Below, piece by piece: positions 56,501-64,000 of a stretch of DNA of 64,000 bases. A program made the translations under genes and the position numbers. Position 1 is the stretch's first letter. Every line of letters begins with the position of its first letter. The DNA lies in the NCBI GenBank assembly GCA_030619985.1, contig JAUXAI010000001.1, positions 8,708 to 72,707 of the forward strand, read 5' to 3'. Under the pieces are notes generated by a model. The model was not told where the DNA came from, ran no database searches, and saw only the letters and a program-made list of their open reading frames with translations. The DNA comes from a bacterium. Lineage in GTDB: Bacteria > UBP18 > UBA7526.

Positions 56501-57742
56501 ATGAGATACAAAGTGGCTCTACGCAATGAGACCAGGCACAGGCTGCGTACCAAGATAAAGAGGGCAGACATCGTGGTTGGTATTCCCTGTTACTATGATG
56601 AGGATACCATCGGCTATGTCATCCAGCAGGCAGCAGAAGGATTGGCCAAGTATTTCCCTAAGTATAAGAAGGTCATCCTGGTCTCTGACGGTGGCTCCTT
56701 AGACGATACCAGGGAGATCATCATCGCTGCCCCAGTTCCCAAGGTAGTGGATAAGATGTTCTTCATCTATAGGGGCCTTCCAGGAAAGGGGACCGCCTTC
56801 AGATCTGTCTTCGAAGCAAGCAAGATATTAGGAGCAAAGGTCGTTCTAACCCTGGATTCTGATTTAAGAAGCATTACTCCCCTCTGGATAAAGCTCATGG
56901 CCCATCCCGTCTTAAGCGGGAAGTATGATTATGTTACTCCTTACTATCTTCGCCATAAATACGACGGAACGATATCGAATAACATCACCTATCCCTTAAT
57001 CAGGGCCTTATATGGCCTAAGGATCAGACAGCCCATGGGAGGAGACTTCGCTCTCTCTGGAGACTTAGCCAAGGCCTACCTCATAGAGGATGTCTGGATG
57101 GGGGTTGTGGCTCGCTTCGGTATTGATAGCTGGATGACTACTGAAGCCATAAATAAGGGATATAGGATATGTCAAGTAGCCCTGGGAACAAAGATTCACA
57201 ATCCCAAGGAGCCTTCCCTGAAATTAGGTTCTATGTTTCGAGAAGTGGTGGGAACCTTATTCAGCCTAATGGAGAAGTATGAATATAATTGGATGCAGGT
57301 AAAGGGTTCCCAACCAGTAAAAACCTATGACCATCGCCAGATTGTGGAACCCGAAGCACTCTTAGTAGATGTAGAAGGGATGATCGGCCAGCTTGCCCAT
57401 CACTACTCCGACTGTCATGACATCTGGAGGGAGATCATGCCTGAGGATAACTTTCGGGCGGTAAGGGAACTGGCCCATACCAAAGAGATAAGAAACTTTA
57501 AGTTCCCTCTCGACCTCTGGGCAAGGATTGTCTATGACTTTGCCGTTGCCTATCATCAGAAGGAAATCTCCCCAGATGATGTTTTGGACCTTTTTGCCCC
57601 CCTCTACTTTGCCAAGACCGGCTCCTTTGCTCAGGAGACCTTGAGGATGAGCAGTAAGGAGGCGGAGAGGGTAGTTGAGGCCCAAGCCAAGGCCTTTGAG
57701 AAAGAAAAACCCTATTTGATCGAGAGGTGGGAAGAGGTATGA
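56501..57742 (+). CDS. GT78-like glycosyltransferase resembling mannosylglycerate synthase (candidate mannosyl-glucosylglycerate or mannosylglycerate synthase)
   Basis: Motif order PGKGTAF..LDSDL..ITPLWI...QPMGGDF...FGIDSW, as I recall it for Rhodothermus-type mannosylglycerate synthase (MGS); the assignment is from memory. About 400 aa GT-A domain plus helical C-terminal extension. Confidence 0.5.
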   Translation: MRYKVALRNETRHRLRTKIKRADIVVGIPCYYDEDTIGYVIQQAAEGLAKYFPKYKKVILVSDGGSLDDTREIIIAAPVPKVVDKMFFIYRGLPGKGTAFRSVFEASKILGAKVVLTLDSDLRSITPLWIKLMAHPVLSGKYDYVTPYYLRHKYDGTISNNITYPLIRALYGLRIRQPMGGDFALSGDLAKAYLIEDVWMGVVARFGIDSWMTTEAINKGYRICQVALGTKIHNPKEPSLKLGSMFREVVGTLFSLMEKYEYNWMQVKGSQPVKTYDHRQIVEPEALLVDVEGMIGQLAHHYSDCHDIWREIMPEDNFRAVRELAHTKEIRNFKFPLDLWARIVYDFAVAYHQKEISPDDVLDLFAPLYFAKTGSFAQETLRMSSKEAERVVEAQAKAFEKEKPYLIERWEEV

Positions 57743-58731
57743 GCAAGGTAGAAAAGTGGTTTAAGAACCGCACCTTCCATCACTCCCAGTTCTCTGACAT
57801 CAAGGAACTGGTGAGATTAAAGAGGAAGAAAAACCTAACCATAAGCGTAGGCCTTCCCACCCTGAATGAGGCAGAGACCATTGCTACGGAGCTTATCGTG
57901 ATCAAGAGTGAGCTCATGGATAAGCATCACTTAATAGATGAGTTAGCCATCATAGACTCTGGCTCAACAGATAAGACCAGAGAGATTGCAGCAAAGTATG
58001 GGGCAGATGTCTATTTGACAGACGATTATTTAAAAGAGGAAGGAATCTATTCTGGCAAAGGAGAGAACCTTTGGAAGAGTCTCTATCTCCTAAAAGGAGA
58101 TATCATCCTATGGCTCGATGCCGACATTAAGAACATCCATCCCAAGTTTGTCTATGGGTTACTGGGTCCCCTTCTAACCAATAGTCGAATAGGTTATGTC
58201 AAGGCCTTCTATGAGAGACCAATAAAGTTAGAGACAGAGAAGACCCTGAGGGCTTCTGGAGGAGGGAGGGTGACAGCACTTATGCTTCGTCCTATCTTCA
58301 ATCTTTTCTTTCCTGAACTTTCGGGACTTATTCAACCCTTAAGTGGAGAGTATGCCGGAAGAAGGGAAATACTAGAGAAAGTTCCCTTCTTTATCGGCTA
58401 TGGGGTAGAGACAGGACTGTTAATCGACATCTATAAGAAGTTTGGTTTAAACTCCATTGCCCAGGTCGACCTGGATCAACGCATCCACCGGAATCATACC
58501 CTTCCCACATTATCTAAGATGGCCTTCACTATCCTGCAGGTGGCTCTAAACCGTGCTGGGGATCTGTGGAAACTGAAGATGTTAGAAGAATTAAATCCCA
58601 GCATGAGGCTCATTAAAAGGAAGGGGAATAGGTATTCCTTTGAGATCTTTGAGAGGAAGGTCGTGGAGCGCCCCCCCATGATTACTGTGAAAGCCTATCG
58701 GGAGAAAAGGAAGAAGCAAAAGAGATCCTAA
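57739..58731 (+). CDS. gpgS: Glucosyl-3-phosphoglycerate synthase (GT81)
   Basis: GKGENLWKSL, GGGRVTAL, QPLSGEYAG, GYGVETGLLID, IAQVDLDQRIHRN. These blocks align one-to-one with the characteristic mycobacterial GpgS motifs; ATGA overlap with the upstream gene. Confidence 0.7.
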   Translation: MSKVEKWFKNRTFHHSQFSDIKELVRLKRKKNLTISVGLPTLNEAETIATELIVIKSELMDKHHLIDELAIIDSGSTDKTREIAAKYGADVYLTDDYLKEEGIYSGKGENLWKSLYLLKGDIILWLDADIKNIHPKFVYGLLGPLLTNSRIGYVKAFYERPIKLETEKTLRASGGGRVTALMLRPIFNLFFPELSGLIQPLSGEYAGRREILEKVPFFIGYGVETGLLIDIYKKFGLNSIAQVDLDQRIHRNHTLPTLSKMAFTILQVALNRAGDLWKLKMLEELNPSMRLIKRKGNRYSFEIFERKVVERPPMITVKAYREKRKKQKRS

Positions 58732-58740
58732 TAAAAAAGA

Positions 58741-58806
58741 ACCCCGCACCTTTTATCTATTCAAAGTAGCAACCTAAAGAAATGAATATTAAAAAGGTGC
58801 GGGGCT
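58741..58806 (+). terminator. Conserved stem-loop element, copy 2 (ACCCCGCACCTTTT ... AAAAGGTGCGGGG), then T-run
   Basis: Same stem and partly conserved loop (agaaatgaata) as 6258-6308; followed by cttttc. Confidence 0.6.
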
Positions 58807-58817
58807 TTTCTCTATCT

Positions 58818-58928
58818 AAATTCTGATTATCTTCTTTTCTTCTTTCCCTTCCTTGCCTTTTTCTTCTTTCTCCTTACAACCTTCTTTCTTTTCACAACCT
58901 TCTTTTTCCTCTTCGCCTTCTTCTTTCT
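58818..58928 (-). CDS. Candidate 36-aa hyper-basic peptide (MAKRKKKAKRKKKVVKRKKVVRRKKKKARKGKKKRR)
   Basis: A minus-strand GTG start preceded by AAGGAGAGGAGGG 6 nt upstream. It lies in a 150-nt polypyrimidine (plus-strand) tract, and its purine-rich composition could be coincidental. Confidence 0.25.
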
Positions 58929-59054
58929 TTTCGCCACTTTTTCCCTCCTCTCCTTAAATTTAGTTTAATAATATCACACTAAATCTCCATTTGTCAAGCC
59001 TTTTTTTGATTTTTATTGAATTTATTGATAGAATGGAAAAGGAAAGAGAATGAG

Positions 59055-59630
59055 ATGACCAAGATCATCCTGGTGCGCCATGGGGAGACGGCCTGGACTC
59101 CAGTAAATAGGATTCAAGGTTGGCTGGATATAGAGTTAAATGAGCGAGGGCTAAGACAGGCAAAAAGAATTGCAAGAGAATTAAAGAGAAAGAAGATAGA
59201 CGCCATCTATTCTAGTGAACTCTCTCGGGCTTATGAGACAGCAAAGATTATTGCCAAACCACATAAATTAAGAGTAAAGAAGGATATTAATCTCAATGAG
59301 CTTAACCAGGGAAAGTGGCAAGGGCTTCTGGTAAAAGAGGCCAGAAGAAAGTATAAGGAACTTTACCGAAGATGGGAAGAAGAACCCTTAAGCGTCAGGC
59401 CTCCTGGAGGGGAGAGCATCCTGGACCTTTACGAAAGGGCAATCCATATTTTAAGAGAGATTACCAAGAAATATCCCAAAGGGAAGGTAGTCATCGTGGG
59501 ACATAAGGTGATAAATACGGTATTAAAATGCTATTTGTTGGGAATAAATCTCTCTAATGTCTGGAAACTACTGCCTAAGGAAGCAAGCTGGGAGGAAATC
59601 AAAATTCCCCAATCAAGAGTCAGAAAATGA
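59055..59630 (+). CDS. Histidine phosphatase (phosphoglycerate-mutase superfamily), candidate glucosyl-3-phosphoglycerate phosphatase
   Basis: LVRHGET with catalytic His, about 190 aa, adjacent to gpgS. Mycobacterial GpgP belongs to this superfamily. ATG 59055 is preferred; the six-frame ORF starts at 59016. Confidence 0.55.
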   Translation: MTKIILVRHGETAWTPVNRIQGWLDIELNERGLRQAKRIARELKRKKIDAIYSSELSRAYETAKIIAKPHKLRVKKDINLNELNQGKWQGLLVKEARRKYKELYRRWEEEPLSVRPPGGESILDLYERAIHILREITKKYPKGKVVIVGHKVINTVLKCYLLGINLSNVWKLLPKEASWEEIKIPQSRVRK

Positions 59631-59672
59631 GTTAACAAGTATACAAGTTAACAAGGATACAAGTTGACAAGG
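59631..59672. repeat. Forward oligomer array (GTTAACAAG / ATACAAGTTAACAAGG) left of a four-helix-bundle gene
   Basis: gttaacaagtatacaagttaacaaggatacaagttgacaagg. Confidence 0.8.
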
Positions 59673-59682
59673 AAGGTGGAAG

Positions 59683-60057
59683 ATGGAAAGAGGTTTTGAA
59701 GGTTTAAAGGTTTGGCAATTGGGAAGGAAATTCCGCAAAAAGATTTATGAGATAAGTAGAAAGTTCCCAAAGGAAGAGATATATTGCCTAGTTCAGCAAA
59801 TTCGTAAAGCAGCAATATCCATAACTGCCAATATCACAGAAGGTCATGGTAGGTATCATTATCAGGAAAATATTCAGTTTTGTCGGGTTTCAAGAGGCTC
59901 GATAAATGAAGTCTTAGATCATCTATATACTGCTATAGACGAAAAATATATTGTTGAAAAAGAGTTCCAGCAATTATACTCTCAGGGCAGAGAAGTAGAA
60001 AAAGTGCTCAACGGTTACATCGGTTACCTTCACAAAAGACTCAGCGAGAAAAGTTAA
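59683..60057 (+). CDS. Four-helix-bundle protein (TIGR02436; '23S rRNA intervening-sequence protein' family)
   Basis: 124 aa ...LKVWQLGRKFRKKIYEISRKFPKEE...ITANITEGHGRYHYQENIQFCRVSRGSINEVLDHL... Confidence 0.8.
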   Translation: MERGFEGLKVWQLGRKFRKKIYEISRKFPKEEIYCLVQQIRKAAISITANITEGHGRYHYQENIQFCRVSRGSINEVLDHLYTAIDEKYIVEKEFQQLYSQGREVEKVLNGYIGYLHKRLSEKS

Positions 60058-60094
60058 ACTTGTCAACTAATCAACTTGTTAACTTATCAACTAT
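60056..60094. repeat. Reverse-complement oligomer array right of the four-helix-bundle gene
   Basis: aacttgtcaactaatcaacttgttaacttatcaactatc, the reverse complement of the 59631-59672 family. Confidence 0.8.
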
Positions 60095-60110
60095 CTGAAA
60101 GGAGTTTATC

Positions 60111-61331
60111 ATGTCTAAACCAAGAATTGCTATCGTTCATTATTCCTCTCCTCCAGTAATCGGAGGGGTGGAGTTCATCTTGGAGGCTCATGCCAGAGAG
60201 ATGCTCAAGCATGGCTATAAGGTGAAGGTTGTTGCAGGGAGAGGGGAGAAATTTCATAAGAAGATCCCGATTGTTATTATTCCCGAGGCGGATTCTCTCT
60301 CAAAGACGAATAAGAGAATAGATGCGGAACTTGAGAAGAATCTTGTGAGTGCTAAATTTCATCAATTAACAGATAGAATCTACGGGAAACTAACTCGAGA
60401 GTTTAAAAATGTCGATCTTGTCATCATCCATAATGTCCTGACCATGCACTTCAACCTCCCCCTTACTGCTGCTTTAGAGAGATATATTAGAGAACATAAG
60501 AAGAAAAAGTACATCGCCTGGTGCCACGATGCCACCTTCAAGGACCCGGTCTATAAGAAGAAGGCCAAGAATAAATACCCCTGGAATGTGATCTCCAAGC
60601 CCATTCCAAAAGTAAGGTATGTTGCCATCTCTTGTGAGCGCCAGAAGCAGCTCTCTCACCTCTTCCGAGTCAATCCCAAGAAGATAACCGTGGTTCCTGA
60701 CGGAATCGATCATAAAAGCTTCTTAGATTTAAATGGGGATGCCCTGGAAGTCTTCAAGAGGTTTAATCTCTTTAATCAGGATCTGGTTATGCTTCTGCCC
60801 ACCAGGATTGTGAAAAGAAAAAATCTGGAACTGGCAATAAAGATCACTAAGGAATTGAATAAGATACTCAAGGCTGTTTTAATTATTACTGGGCCTCCTG
60901 ATCCCCATAATATCGACTCTATGAGGTATTATCGCTCTCTGAAAGACTTAAGGAATAAATCCCGGATGAAGAGGAAGGTCATCTTTCTCTATGAGGAGGG
61001 AATAAAGGTAGGATATTCTATGCTGAGGAGCCTCTATCTATTATGTGATATGCTCCTATTTCCCAGTGCCCAGGAAGGCTTCGGCATCCCCCTATTGGAA
61101 TCTGGATTGGTTAACCTTCCCATCGCTTGTGCCAACATCCCTCCCTTGAAGGAAGTGGGAGAGAAAGACGTTCACTATCTTGACTTAAAGAAGAACCCCA
61201 GAGAACTTGCCTCAGGGATAATTAAGTATTACCAAAGACAGCCCACTATCCCTATGTTCAAGAAGGTATTGAGGAACTATACCTGGGAATCCATCTTCAC
61301 GCAAAAGATAGAACCATTGTTAAAGGGGTGA
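60111..61331 (+). CDS. GT4 family glycosyltransferase (GT-B)
   Basis: N-terminal IAIVHYSSPPVIGGVEFIL; C-terminal ...FPSAQEGFGIPLLESGLVNLPIAC (the E-x7-E region). Confidence 0.65.
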   Translation: MSKPRIAIVHYSSPPVIGGVEFILEAHAREMLKHGYKVKVVAGRGEKFHKKIPIVIIPEADSLSKTNKRIDAELEKNLVSAKFHQLTDRIYGKLTREFKNVDLVIIHNVLTMHFNLPLTAALERYIREHKKKKYIAWCHDATFKDPVYKKKAKNKYPWNVISKPIPKVRYVAISCERQKQLSHLFRVNPKKITVVPDGIDHKSFLDLNGDALEVFKRFNLFNQDLVMLLPTRIVKRKNLELAIKITKELNKILKAVLIITGPPDPHNIDSMRYYRSLKDLRNKSRMKRKVIFLYEEGIKVGYSMLRSLYLLCDMLLFPSAQEGFGIPLLESGLVNLPIACANIPPLKEVGEKDVHYLDLKKNPRELASGIIKYYQRQPTIPMFKKVLRNYTWESIFTQKIEPLLKG

Positions 61332-61362
61332 CAGGGGTGGCAAGGGTGACAGGGGTAACAGG
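61322..61362. repeat. Forward nonamer-like array (GTGACAGGG/GTGGCAAGG/GTAACAGGG) left of the second four-helix-bundle gene
   Basis: ggggtgacaggggtggcaagggtgacaggggtaacaggg. Confidence 0.8.
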
Positions 61363-61363
61363 G

Positions 61364-61732
61364 ATGAAAAGTAAAAGAGAGCCCGGCTATAAGAGATTAA
61401 TTGTCTGGCAGAATACCTATAAACTGCGCAAATTAATCTATAAGATAACCGCTCACTTCCCAAGAAGTGAAATGCGACGGGTCAGTCATATGAGAGATAG
61501 TGCCCGCTCAGCAAAGCAGAATATCCAAGAGGGTTATAAGCGTGCCTCTCGTGGAATATATATTCACTTTTTAACCATTTCTCAGGGCTCTTTAGGAGAA
61601 TTGAAGGGCGATGTAGAAGATTCTTTTGAAGATGGATTGATGAGTAAGGAAGAATATGAAGAAGTAGATGCTTTAATCTGCAAAACCGATTATTTATTTA
61701 CTCGCCTGATCAATTCATTAAGGAAGAAATAA
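61364..61732 (+). CDS. Four-helix-bundle protein (TIGR02436 family)
   Basis: MKSKREPGYKRLIVWQNTYKLRKLIYKITAHFPRSE...AKQNIQEGYKRASRGIYIHFLTISQGSLGEL...; ATG 61364 is preferred over the six-frame ORF start at 61328 inside the repeat. Confidence 0.8.
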   Translation: MKSKREPGYKRLIVWQNTYKLRKLIYKITAHFPRSEMRRVSHMRDSARSAKQNIQEGYKRASRGIYIHFLTISQGSLGELKGDVEDSFEDGLMSKEEYEEVDALICKTDYLFTRLINSLRKK

Positions 61733-61785
61733 ACCCTTGTACCCCTTATATCCCTTGTTCCCCCCGTAACCCCTGTGGAGTACTA
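61733..61785. repeat. Reverse-complement array right of the second four-helix-bundle gene
   Basis: aaacccttgtaccccttatatcccttgttccccccgtaacccctgtgg, the reverse complement of the ACAGGGG/ACAAGGG units. Confidence 0.75.
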
Positions 61786-61787
61786 GA

Positions 61788-63563
61788 ATGACTACCGAGA
61801 GGATTAGAAATTTCTCTATTATTGCCCATATCGACCATGGAAAGAGCACCTTGGCAGATAGACTATTGGAGTATACCAAGACCCTTCCTTCCCGAAAGAT
61901 GAGGGAGCAGGTATTGGATGAGATGGAACTTGAGAGGGAGAGGGGGATTACCATAAAGGCCAAAGCGGTGAGACTGAGGTACAAAGATTATATATTAAAT
62001 CTCATAGATACTCCGGGCCATGTGGACTTCTCCTATGAGGTCTCCAGGTCTCTTGCTGCCTGTGAGGGAGTCTTATTGATCATCGATGCCAGCCAGGGGG
62101 TTCAGGCCCAGACCTTAGCCAATGCCTACTTAGCAAGGGAAGCCAACCTCGCCATCATCCCCATTATAAATAAGATAGACCTTCCCAATGCCCGGCCAGA
62201 AGAGACAGAGAAACAGATAAAAGATGTCCTGGGATTAGAGGACCCCATCTTTACCAGTGCCAAGAAGGGAATGGGAACAGAGGATGTCCTGGAAGCAATA
62301 GTTGAGAGGATCCCCCCACCAAAAGGGGAGATCAATAAGCCCCTTCAGGCCTTGATCTTCGACTCTATCTATAATCCCTATCAGGGGGTAGTGGTCTATA
62401 TCCGGGTTGTTCAGGGTTCCATTAAACCAAGAGATAGGATTAGGCTTATGGGAAGGGGCAGGGATTTTGAAGTGAATGAAGTGGGGATCTTCTCTCCAGA
62501 GATGAGAAAGGTGGAGGGGCTCTCTCCAGGTGAGGTGGGCTACCTAATGGCGAATATAAAGAACCTTCAAGATGCCAAGGTGGGGGATACTATTACTGGT
62601 GCCCAAAATCCGGCCCAGAAGTCTCTTCCCGGATATAAGGAGGTGAAGCCCTTTGTCTTCGCCAGCCTCTATCCTGTAAGAAGCGAGGATTTTGGATCAC
62701 TGAAGGAGGCTTTGGAGAAGCTGAAACTGAATGACGCTTCCTTTAGTTATATAGAGGAAAGCTCCCCAGCCTTGGGCCCTGGTTTCAGATGCGGATTCTT
62801 AGGCCTCTTACATATGGAGATCGTCCAAGAGAGATTGGAGAGGGAGTATGACCTGGATCTGATAACTACGGCACCCAGCGTGGTCTACAGAGTAATCACC
62901 AAAGAGGGTGAAATTAAAAGGGTAGAGAACCCTTCTAGACTCCCTTCTCCCGCTGAGATTAAAGAGATTCAGGAGCCCTATATTAAGGCGATCATCATTA
63001 CTCCCGCCGAATACTTAGGACCCATTATGCAGTTAGTTCAGGGAAGAAGGGGAGTATATAGAGATACCAGGTATCTGGCCCCCAATACCGCCTCTTTGAC
63101 CTATGAATTCCCCCTATCTGAGGTGATCCTCGACTTCTATGATAGGCTGAAGTCTGTCTCCCGAGGTTATGCCTCCTTTGACTATGAGCATATCGGTTAT
63201 CGAAAGACGGATTCGGTAAAGGTCGATGTCCTCTTAAATAATGAGAAGGTGGAAGGATTATCCTTCATTACCCATAAGGAAAAGGCCTATCATAGGGCAA
63301 GCGAGTTGGTAGCAAGATTAAAGGAGGTCATTCCTCAGCACCTCTTTCCTGTTGCCATACAGGGGGCGATAGGGAAGAAAATCATCGCCCGGGAGACAGT
63401 AAAAGCTTTGAGAAAGGATGTCACCGCTCCCTTATACGGAGGGGATGTCACCCGGAAGAGGAAGCTTTTGGAGAAGCAGAAGAGGGGTAAGAAGAGAATG
63501 AAGAGAATTGGAAAAGTCTCTCTTCCCCAAGAAGCTTTCTTAAGCATTCTGAAGGTGGATTAG
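61788..63563 (+). CDS. lepA: Elongation factor 4 (translational GTPase LepA)
   Basis: [17 protein letters not shown]1 motif, [12 protein letters not shown]; 591 aa with LepA-specific C-terminal domain. Confidence 0.9.
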   Translation: MTTERIRNFSIIAHIDHGKSTLADRLLEYTKTLPSRKMREQVLDEMELERERGITIKAKAVRLRYKDYILNLIDTPGHVDFSYEVSRSLAACEGVLLIIDASQGVQAQTLANAYLAREANLAIIPIINKIDLPNARPEETEKQIKDVLGLEDPIFTSAKKGMGTEDVLEAIVERIPPPKGEINKPLQALIFDSIYNPYQGVVVYIRVVQGSIKPRDRIRLMGRGRDFEVNEVGIFSPEMRKVEGLSPGEVGYLMANIKNLQDAKVGDTITGAQNPAQKSLPGYKEVKPFVFASLYPVRSEDFGSLKEALEKLKLNDASFSYIEESSPALGPGFRCGFLGLLHMEIVQERLEREYDLDLITTAPSVVYRVITKEGEIKRVENPSRLPSPAEIKEIQEPYIKAIIITPAEYLGPIMQLVQGRRGVYRDTRYLAPNTASLTYEFPLSEVILDFYDRLKSVSRGYASFDYEHIGYRKTDSVKVDVLLNNEKVEGLSFITHKEKAYHRASELVARLKEVIPQHLFPVAIQGAIGKKIIARETVKALRKDVTAPLYGGDVTRKRKLLEKQKRGKKRMKRIGKVSLPQEAFLSILKVD

Positions 63564-63564
63564 G

Positions 63565-63720
63565 AAATTAGGTGGACTAGGATATTAGGTGGATTAGATT
63601 TAGTATACTGGTTAAATTAGGATACTAGTTGGATTACACCCCTATTCCAACTAATTCACCAATTTCCTAATATACTAAACCAATCCAACTATTCCACCAA
63701 ATCCAACTATTTCACTAAAA
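63565..63720. repeat. Long inverted oligomer-repeat hairpin (ATTAGGTGGA arrays / reverse complement)
   Basis: Forward ggaaattaggtggactaggatattaggtggattag...; reverse ...ctaatatactaaaccaatccaactattccaccaaatccaac. Confidence 0.75.
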
Positions 63721-63722
63721 AC

Positions 63723-63751
63723 TTGACAGGTGATTTTTTTTGTGCTAAATT
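63723..63751 (+). promoter_or_regulatory. Sigma-70-type promoter (-35 TTGACA, 17-nt spacer, -10 TAAATT)
   Basis: cTTGACAggtgattttttttgtgcTAAATT, directly upstream of CIRCE. Confidence 0.55.
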
Positions 63752-63755
63752 ATTG

Positions 63756-63782
63756 TTAGCACTCTTATTTAATGAGTGCTAA
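63756..63782 (+). promoter_or_regulatory. CIRCE operator (HrcA binding site), perfect consensus
   Basis: TTAGCACTC-ttatttaat-GAGTGCTAA. Confidence 0.9.
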
Positions 63783-63793
63783 GGGAGCTAGGA

Positions 63794-64000
63794 ATGCTTA
63801 ACGAGAGGAAAAAGAAGATATTAAAGGCCGTAGTTTATAACTACATTACTACTGCTATACCTGTGGGCTCGAGAACCGTTGCCAAGAAATACAGATTCGA
63901 CCTCTCTCCAGCTACCATAAGGAATTGTATGGCGGATTTGGAAGAGTCGGGCTATCTTACTCACCCCCATACCTCGGCAGGAAGGATCCCTACAGATAAG
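63794..64000 (+). CDS. hrcA: Heat-inducible transcription repressor HrcA, N-terminal fragment (3' end outside window)
   Basis: MLNERKKKILKAVVYNYITTAIPVGSRTVAKKY...SPATIRNCMADLEESGYL...HTSAGRIPT; AAGGGAG RBS. Confidence 0.85.
   Translation, partial: MLNERKKKILKAVVYNYITTAIPVGSRTVAKKYRFDLSPATIRNCMADLEESGYLTHPHTSAGRIPTDK

Overview
The window is a 64-kb, entirely plus-strand gene array from a roughly 40% GC bacterium. Start-codon usage (GTG/TTG), lepA-hrcA synteny and a perfect CIRCE element suggest a Bacillota-like or uncultivated anaerobic lineage, but this is not certain. Positions 1-46000 form one giant surface-glycan biosynthesis island. It begins with the tail of a dTDP-rhamnose pathway (rfbB fragment, rfbD), then UDP-xylose synthase, a Wzx-like flippase and a CDP-3,6-dideoxyhexose pathway (rfbF, rfbH, rfbG plus an epimerase/reductase). 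It also carries at least ten GT2 and three GT4 glycosyltransferases, four large GT-C-like polytopic membrane proteins (one with a C-terminal CBM), and four SAM methyltransferases. There are five B12-binding radical SAM enzymes (one fused to a methyltransferase, one on a GC-rich island flanked by direct repeats) and an AsnB-like amidotransferase next to a SPASM radical SAM. Foreign or mobile inserts sit inside the island: a MNT/HEPN toxin-antitoxin pair with a frameshifted HEPN, and a COG2865 (AlbA_2/Schlafen-like + HATPase_c_4) gene inserted next to a duplicated fragment of its GT2 neighbour. Positions 46400-51700 encode a block of uncharacterised membrane and secreted proteins. One appears split by a heptamer/octamer tandem-repeat tract in a way typical of slipped-strand phase variation. 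Positions 51600-53300 carry a direct-repeat-flanked DUF3108 lipoprotein cassette and a GxxExxY gene. Positions 53300-59700 encode what looks like a glycoside compatible-solute operon: ArnE/F-like small transporter, manC, manB, a GT78 mannosylglycerate-synthase-like gene, GT81 gpgS and a histidine-phosphatase gpgP-like gene. Positions 59600-61800 hold two four-helix-bundle ('23S rRNA intervening-sequence') genes, each sitting in the loop between inverted oligomer-repeat arrays, flanking a GT4 gene. Then come lepA, a long hairpin repeat, a sigma-70 promoter plus CIRCE, and the start of hrcA. Throughout, the sequence is peppered with short (7-13 nt unit) tandem repeat arrays arranged as inverted pairs. 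The same unit families occur both intergenically and as in-frame insertions inside conserved enzymes.
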